DNA from: Piromyces finnis finn
Taxonomy: Eukaryota > Fungi > Neocallimastigomycota
NCBI GenBank assembly: GCA_002104945.1
Contig: MCFH01000002.1
Location: 1,612,001 to 1,676,000 of the forward strand
DNA: 64,000 bases
Direction of reading: 5' to 3'
In this document: positions 56,945 through 64,000 of the stretch, piece by piece
How the letters are laid out: every line of letters begins with the position of its first letter
Numbering within the stretch: position 1 is the first letter of the stretch
Notes under the pieces: generated by a model
The model's database searches: none
Seen by the model: only the letters and a program-made list of their open reading frames with translations
What the model was told of the DNA's origin: nothing
Program-made: the position numbers and the translations under genes

Positions 56945-58266
56945 TGTCATTTTTCACATACATTAATGGATTTTTAAAATAAATTTTTTTTTTTTATAGA
57001 ATAATTTTAGTACAAATATATAAAAATTTGTATTTATATGATTATATCATTTATTCATTATTTACTATAAATTTGTGTTGTTTTTTCTAAAGGTTAGTAA
57101 TAAATTTGCTTAAAAAACTTGTCAATTTAAAATGTAATAATAAATTCATATAATAATCAAATAAATTAAACCTTTTTATTTTATATTAATATAATAAAAG
57201 CTTTAAATACTTGATATTAAAAAGTTTTCTATTTAATAAAAATATATATATATTAATAATATTTATTTAATAATTATAATTATTACCATTATTATTGATA
57301 TATAATAATAATTTTAGTTGCATGAACAAAAACATTTACACCAATATATTAATAAAAAAAAAAATTATAAATAAATAATAACATTTCAAATGAATTTGGT
57401 ATTTAAATATATTATTGAATTTATATAATTTTTATTTTATTTTTCTAAATTTCATCTTTTTAATTTTATGTATATTAAATTTTAAATTTTAATTAAATAT
57501 AATAAAGATTAAAAAATATTGAATGTTAATTAAATACAATAATTTTATATAAAGATGTTTCGATAATATTATTAATATTATTAACAGATTTATTCAATAG
57601 AAATATAAATCACTTAATATCAAGAATACTATGTTGTGTTGATAAGATAAAATAGAATCTTTAATTTTCAATGTTGCAGATGAAAGTTTAACAAATATCC
57701 ACAGCTAATTAATATATAATCGTATAAAACCCTAATCCTTTAATATAATATATTTAATAATTTAAATTTTAATCCTTTTATTTTAATAAGCATAAAAACA
57801 TTTATTAACAATTATATTTAAATTTAAGAGAGGCTTAATTATATAAAAGATAAAAGAAAAATAAGACATAAAAAACACAAAACATTTATAAAAAGAATAT
57901 AATTGGAAAACAATCACCATAAATATTACATAAAAATAAATAATTTTATTTAATATCTTTACTTTCTTATACTAAAAAGAAATAATTAAAAATAAATGAT
58001 TAGGAATTTTAATAATTTTTTTAATTAAAAAAAATATAAATTAATAAATATATTTTTTTATATTCTTTTTCCCTTTTTCTTTTCTTTTTTTTTTTTTTTT
58101 TTTTTTTTTGCTTTCCCTTGATTTTAAAAAGGATTATTTAAAATAATAAAAATAGTCTTAATTTATAATAAAAGAACTAATTTACATCTAAACCTATATT
58201 ATTATAAATAATAAATTATATATTAATTAATATATCACTAATTAATAATTTTTAAAATTTTTTTCA

Positions 58267-59804
58267 TTAACAAATTACCTTTTTACATAACATAACGACA
58301 TCTTCATCGGCTAAAACGTGGTCTTTTCCTACCTTTTGTGGATGATGCTTTACACTATTACCCCAAACTAAAGCATATTTAAATTGTCTTATAATTGCTC
58401 TGTGGATGCTGTTACAAAAGTCTTCAATAGTACATGCATCACGTCTTAAGACAATTGGTGAATTGTAATCTGGTAATTGACCTTTTGGCTTGGTATATAT
58501 ACGAACTAAATCAAGATAATCCCACATTTTTTCTAATAAATCATCAAAGTTCCAACCATGATGAGCAGAAATTGGAATAGCATGTGGGATCTTGTAAATA
58601 ATATCTAACTAAAATAATTTTTTAAAAAGTGATTATGAAAAAAAAAGAATAACAAAAACGAAATAAAATGATATTAATCCAATTTGTTAATTTTTTAATT
58701 TAATTAAAAACAACTTTTTTCTTAAATTTATAAAACTTGCTTAATAATGTTTAGTGATATTTACTTCTTCAATACTGATTTGATCAATCTTATTTAAAAC
58801 ATATATACATGGAATATAGATACGGTTTCCTTCAATAACATCAATTAAATCATCAACAGTAGCATCATCTAATATATATAAAATATTATTAATAAAATGT
58901 TACTATTGTATTAAATACAAATAGAAAAATTTAATATTTATGGTTATGATTTTTTACATTTAAAGTTAATATCTGCATTATGAATCTTGTATTCAGCTAA
59001 AACGGCCTTAACTTGGTCTAAATCTAAGTGAGTAAGATTGACAGTACTTGACATAGTAACACCACCTTTATCCTTCTTTTTAAATGAAATATTTGGTGGT
59101 TGTTTATTTAAACGAATACCAAAACCTTCTAATTCTCTTTCTATAATTCTTTTATCTGTTAAAGGTTTTAATACATCTAATACAATGAAAATTAAAGAAC
59201 AGGTACGGGCTACAGCAATAACTTGACGACCACGACCCTTACCATCTTTAGCACCTTCGATAATACCAGGAAGATCAAGAATTTGAATTTTGGCACCCTT
59301 ATATTGAATTACACCAGGAACTATTTAAAAAAACGAAAACAATTAAAATTCAATTTAAATATTTAATTTTAATAAAAACATTTACTCTGATATTGTTAAT
59401 ATTTTTAAATTAATTATTACATTGATATTGTTAACTACATTATTTATTTTGCCTCAATGTTTTTGTTTTTTTGTAGACATTACTATATATAATAATAGAA
59501 TCTTACCTGTAGTTAAGGTTGTGAATTCGTAAGCCCCAACTTCAGAGTGGGTACCAGTCATTTTTGACATAAGAGTTGATTTACCAACTGATGGAAATCC
59601 AACGAAACCAACACGGGCAACACCAGTTTTAGCAACATCGAAACCAATACCACCACCACCACCACCACCGGATGGTGTAAGGAGTTCTCGACGAAGTTTA
59701 GCTAATTTGGCTTTTAAAGTACCCAAGTGAAAGGAAGTAGCTTTGTTTTTTTGGGTACGAGCCATTTCCAACTCGATTTCTTTAATTTTTTCAACAATAG
59801 ACAT
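58267..59804 (-). CDS. DRG1: Developmentally regulated GTP-binding protein 1 (Rbg1/DRG1), multi-exon
   Basis: [30 protein letters not shown]1 [16 protein letters not shown]3 [19 protein letters not shown], and TGS domain [27 protein letters not shown]. An alternative final micro-exon (GTT TAG, 58193-58188) is possible. Confidence 0.95.
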
Positions 59805-61882
59805 TTTGATTTACAATCCTTTCTTTAATCTTTAATTGAATTGATTAGATTCATTTATTTATTTTTAAATAGTTATTTATTTTATTTTTATCATTATTAT
59901 TTAAGAAATCAAGAAAAATTACAATATTTGATTTTCATGATGTATTTAAAATATTGTTTTTTATAGAATTTTTATGAGTTATATTCATTTATTTTTATTT
60001 TATTTTATTTTATTTTTTATTTTATGATTGAGAATAAAGATTTTACAATTAATATATAATTAAAGAAGTTGTCAATTAATTTAAAGTTTAATTTGTAAGA
60101 TTTTGATAGATTATTATTTTGATTGTAATTATATTTTTGTTTTTATATTTTTATTTAGTATATATTATATTTTATTTTTATATAAATAACAAATAATTAA
60201 ATATATATGTTAGTCTGTGTTTCAATATTTTTAATCAAATACTTTTTAAATACCATTAATTGAATATTATAATATTTTAATATTTACTCAAGTTATAAAC
60301 AGTAAAATGATTAAAGAATTTTGAATTTAAAAATATAATATACAAAAAAAAATAGGTTCAGTATTGTATTTTTTAATAATTTAGTAATCTAATTGTGATA
60401 CATTAATTTTTAAATAAGCTTATAGTAAATCATAATACATTATAATACATATACAAAAATTAAATATTTTTAATGGCTGAATGATATAATAACCAATCGT
60501 TTTTTTGAATACAATTATTTTATGTTAGAATTCTACATCCAACTTTTTTTAATAAAGTACATTGTTATACTACATGTTATCATATAATTATGTTATTAAA
60601 ACATAAAATTTAATTATCTTTAATTTTTAAAACTCATATATATCATTAAAATAAATAAAAGGCTTTTTAAAAATTAATAATATTTATAAAGATAAAAATT
60701 TTATAATTTTATAACCATATCCCATATATCCATTTACTATTATAATAGCAAGCTTCTAATTGAAAATATATGAAAGGAGATTTAATTAAAAAAAAATATT
60801 AACTATTAAATATAATATCATTGTTTTTTTTGTAACTGTTGTTGTTGTTTGTTATATAATAAGCTTCTACTATATATATAATATAATGTAAAATTAAAAC
60901 TTTATATAATAACAATTATTTAAATATTAAATAAATGTGAAAATATTTTTTTAAAAAATAAAAAATATAACAATTTTATTCTAATTAAAAAATTAAAAAT
61001 TATAGATATTTAAAATAATAAAGATTAAGTAAAAAAGGATAATAAATAATATTATAATAAATTTAAAAATTCAAAACATTTTTTCTTTTTATTGCTTTAA
61101 TTATTCATTTAGCTTTATATTAATTATATATAAACATTTAAAATAATACTATAATGATAAAATAAAATTCAAATTTAATTACAACTACTTATATATCAAA
61201 AATATTATGTAATATAATATGTAATATAATATAAATGAATATATAAAATAATTACAAAACATTTTAGGAGCAGTTAAATTTGAAATTTTTAGCATATCTT
61301 TTTTTTTTTTTTTTAAATAGTAATAAGAATTTATAGGTAAATATAAGTTTATTTTATTTTGAAATTTAATTTATAAAAAAAAAAAAAAAATTTACATTTA
61401 TTTTTCTTTATACTTATAAAATATAATTTTATTTTTATACTGCTATTTAAGGAAATAATAGTATATATTTTTTGTTTTAAAATATATTGAAAATAACATG
61501 TAAATAATAAGAAGAAACAAAATACAATAACAACAATATATTTAAAATAATAATAAAAAAGTAATATCATCTTCTGATAGTTATCATAGTATCAACATTT
61601 ATATCAAATCTTTGGTTATTTAAAAAAAAAAAAAAAAAAAAAAAGTAGAATATTAATAATTTCAAATATATGAATCATATATCATATATATATAATAAAA
61701 ATAATAAAATCTTAAAATATATAGCTTATTTTAAACATTCGTTTTAATAATAACAACAATAATATTATTATTTATTAAAGGATTAAGTTTTTTTTTTGTT
61801 TAAAAATATATAATAAAAAATATTGAAATTGCAATATTGTAATATATAATATATTTGTAAATAACTATAATAATTTTTAAAA

Positions 61883-63190
61883 ATGGAAAAGATTTTAAAA
61901 ATTACTATACCAACTTGTTCACAGCGTCAAAAATCAAAACCTTATATTGTATATCATATTACAATATCGAGTTCTTTTCGTACCTGGACAATACAGCATC
62001 GTTATAGCGAATTTTTTTCTTTAAATAAAAGATTCTTAGATTTAGGATTAAAACCACCTCTTGAATTACCACAAAAATCGTCGATTTTTTCTTTTACTTC
62101 TTATGACAATCCAAAATTTGTTGAAACTCGTCGACAAGGTTTAGAAGAATATTTACAAGCCATATTAGCTAGTAAGGATGAACGGTTTAAAAAGTTACTT
62201 GAATGGAAAGAATTTCTAGGAATTTCTCAATCAAAAGTTAAACCAGAAGATGAAGAATATAGTGTGCTTTGTACATCAATGTCAACTACTAGTAATGATA
62301 TAAGATTTAATGATACCGGTGGATATAATTCATGTTCTTTTGATATTACATCATCCGAACAATGGCTTGAAGAATGTCGTAATTTAGATTTAGTTATTAA
62401 CGAAATAAGAACATGTATTGCAGCTCGTAATAAATTTGTAACTCGAAATGAAACAGCTGCTGCTTGTGAAGCAACTGTTTTAGCACGTAAAAATCATAAT
62501 ATATTATGTACAAAATACGCAGAACTTGAACGAGAGCTTCACCTTCAAGTAGATGATTTTTATAATAATGCCCAACAACAACAGGAAGATAACAGTATTA
62601 TAGTTGGTTCTAGTCCTAGTTTTTTTTCGTCAGTTCTAGGTACAATGAAAAAACAAAAGAGCAAAATGTTACTTTCCAAGAGTGAACTTTCTCGTCGACA
62701 AGACTTATTAGAAAATATTAGAACAGAAAAAATACAATTGGAAAAACTTTTAGCCAATACAAAATTTAACGATAGCCTTTCACAAAACAATATTTCTGAT
62801 AAAGTTTATTTTAGCGCTAAAAGTGGATCCAATCGTCAATCCAACAGCTTAGAAAATAGTTTTGGGAGTAATAGTGGAATTAAGCATAATACTTCTGCAA
62901 AATCACGAAGAAAATTTGGTATTCAAATTTCACAAGAAGTTGAAGAAAGTACTCAGGGACTTGATAATACTCAAATTTTACAGCTTCAAAAAAATATGCT
63001 TAAAGATCAAGATAAAACATTAGAACAATTTTCTGCTATTCTTAATCGTCAACGTAAGATCGGTGAAACCATTAACCAAGAGCTAGATTTCCAAAATGAA
63101 TTATTGGATGATTTGGATGGCAATGTTAATAAAGTTCAATTAGGACTTGGTCAAGCTGAAAAGAGAATGAAGAAAGTTTTAAAAAAGTAA
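61883..63190 (+). CDS. VAM7: PX-domain Qc-SNARE, Vam7-like
   Basis: N-terminal PX domain (YIVYHI, WTIQHRYSEF, PPLELPQK, ETRRQGLEEYLQ); C-terminal SNARE motif (QDKTLEQFSAILNRQRKIGETINQELDFQNELLDDL); no TM anchor. Confidence 0.85.
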   Translation: MEKILKITIPTCSQRQKSKPYIVYHITISSSFRTWTIQHRYSEFFSLNKRFLDLGLKPPLELPQKSSIFSFTSYDNPKFVETRRQGLEEYLQAILASKDERFKKLLEWKEFLGISQSKVKPEDEEYSVLCTSMSTTSNDIRFNDTGGYNSCSFDITSSEQWLEECRNLDLVINEIRTCIAARNKFVTRNETAAACEATVLARKNHNILCTKYAELERELHLQVDDFYNNAQQQQEDNSIIVGSSPSFFSSVLGTMKKQKSKMLLSKSELSRRQDLLENIRTEKIQLEKLLANTKFNDSLSQNNISDKVYFSAKSGSNRQSNSLENSFGSNSGIKHNTSAKSRRKFGIQISQEVEESTQGLDNTQILQLQKNMLKDQDKTLEQFSAILNRQRKIGETINQELDFQNELLDDLDGNVNKVQLGLGQAEKRMKKVLKK

Positions 63191-64000
63191 GATTTTATAA
63201 TAATTTCTTATTTTAACAATGAAAAAATTAAATATACCACCACCACCGCCACCATTACTACTACTTTTAATAATAATAATAATAGGTAATAGTTATGAAG
63301 ATAAATCTAGTTTTTATATGCATAAAAACTAAAATTTTGAAAATATTATTAAGAGATCAATATATATACGTAATGTAATATAATAAATGAATGAATACTA
63401 TATATTATAAAAAATTATTAAAACATTTAAAAAGAAATTTAAATATAATTTTAATAAAAATCATACTTTGTAATTAAAACTTAAATTTAAAATATTAGTT
63501 TAAAATATATTTTATGAAATGATAGATGTTTATTATTATTTTTCAATGACTATTATTTAATATTTATAATATATGAAAAAAATTTATGCCATTAATTTGA
63601 ATATTTATAAAAGATAATAAAATTAAAATAAAATAATGTCAATTTAATAAATTATTATTAAAACTTTATAATCAATAAAATTTAATTTGATTTTCCAAAA
63701 TAGAGGACATTTATGAAAAAAGTTAATGATTAATATATAAATAATAAAAATACTTTTTTTTTATAATAAAAATAATTTAACAAAATTTCTTTATTATTTA
63801 ATAATATCTTTAATATTATTATATTAGTCTGATATTATTATTTAGTTTTAAAGTATATATTTTACCTGCTTTTTTTTTTTTTTTTTTCGTTTTGTTTTAA
63901 TTTGTCTTGCGTAGTAAGATGTTAAATAGACTTAATTTTATAATCTTTTTATACAATCCTCTCAATATATATTTTATTATAAAAATATAAAAATGACAAC

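Overview
An extremely AT-rich, intron-containing eukaryotic window, almost certainly from an anaerobic gut fungus (Neocallimastigomycota). The evidence is GH48 cellulases with fungal dockerins, an axonemal CCDC40-like gene, and an orphan rDNA fragment resembling the Neocallimastigomycota ITS1 motif. Housekeeping genes: GH5 mannanase, COG8, DUF1749 hydrolase, CSN4, UTP11, Gemin2, CCDC40-like, Mrc1/Claspin, MPP-alpha, EED-like WD40, UBC12, DRG1/RBG1 and VAM7. Three regions stand out. (1) A 2904-aa single-exon secreted protein carries 139 exactly phased 17-aa repeats (NKEPVDDLAMYRNKANT), with near-invariant protein sequence but much synonymous variation. (2) A head-to-head palindrome holds two apparently identical GH48 genes whose promoters have diverged. 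(3) A transposon cluster lies next to the palindrome: a 4.55-kb APE/RT LINE inserted into one arm (12-bp TSD, A34 tail, one in-frame stop), a decayed 3' fragment of the same LINE, and two solo LTRs each with its own 4-bp TSD. All calls come from reading motifs by eye; no database searches were run, and exon boundaries of multi-exon genes are approximate.
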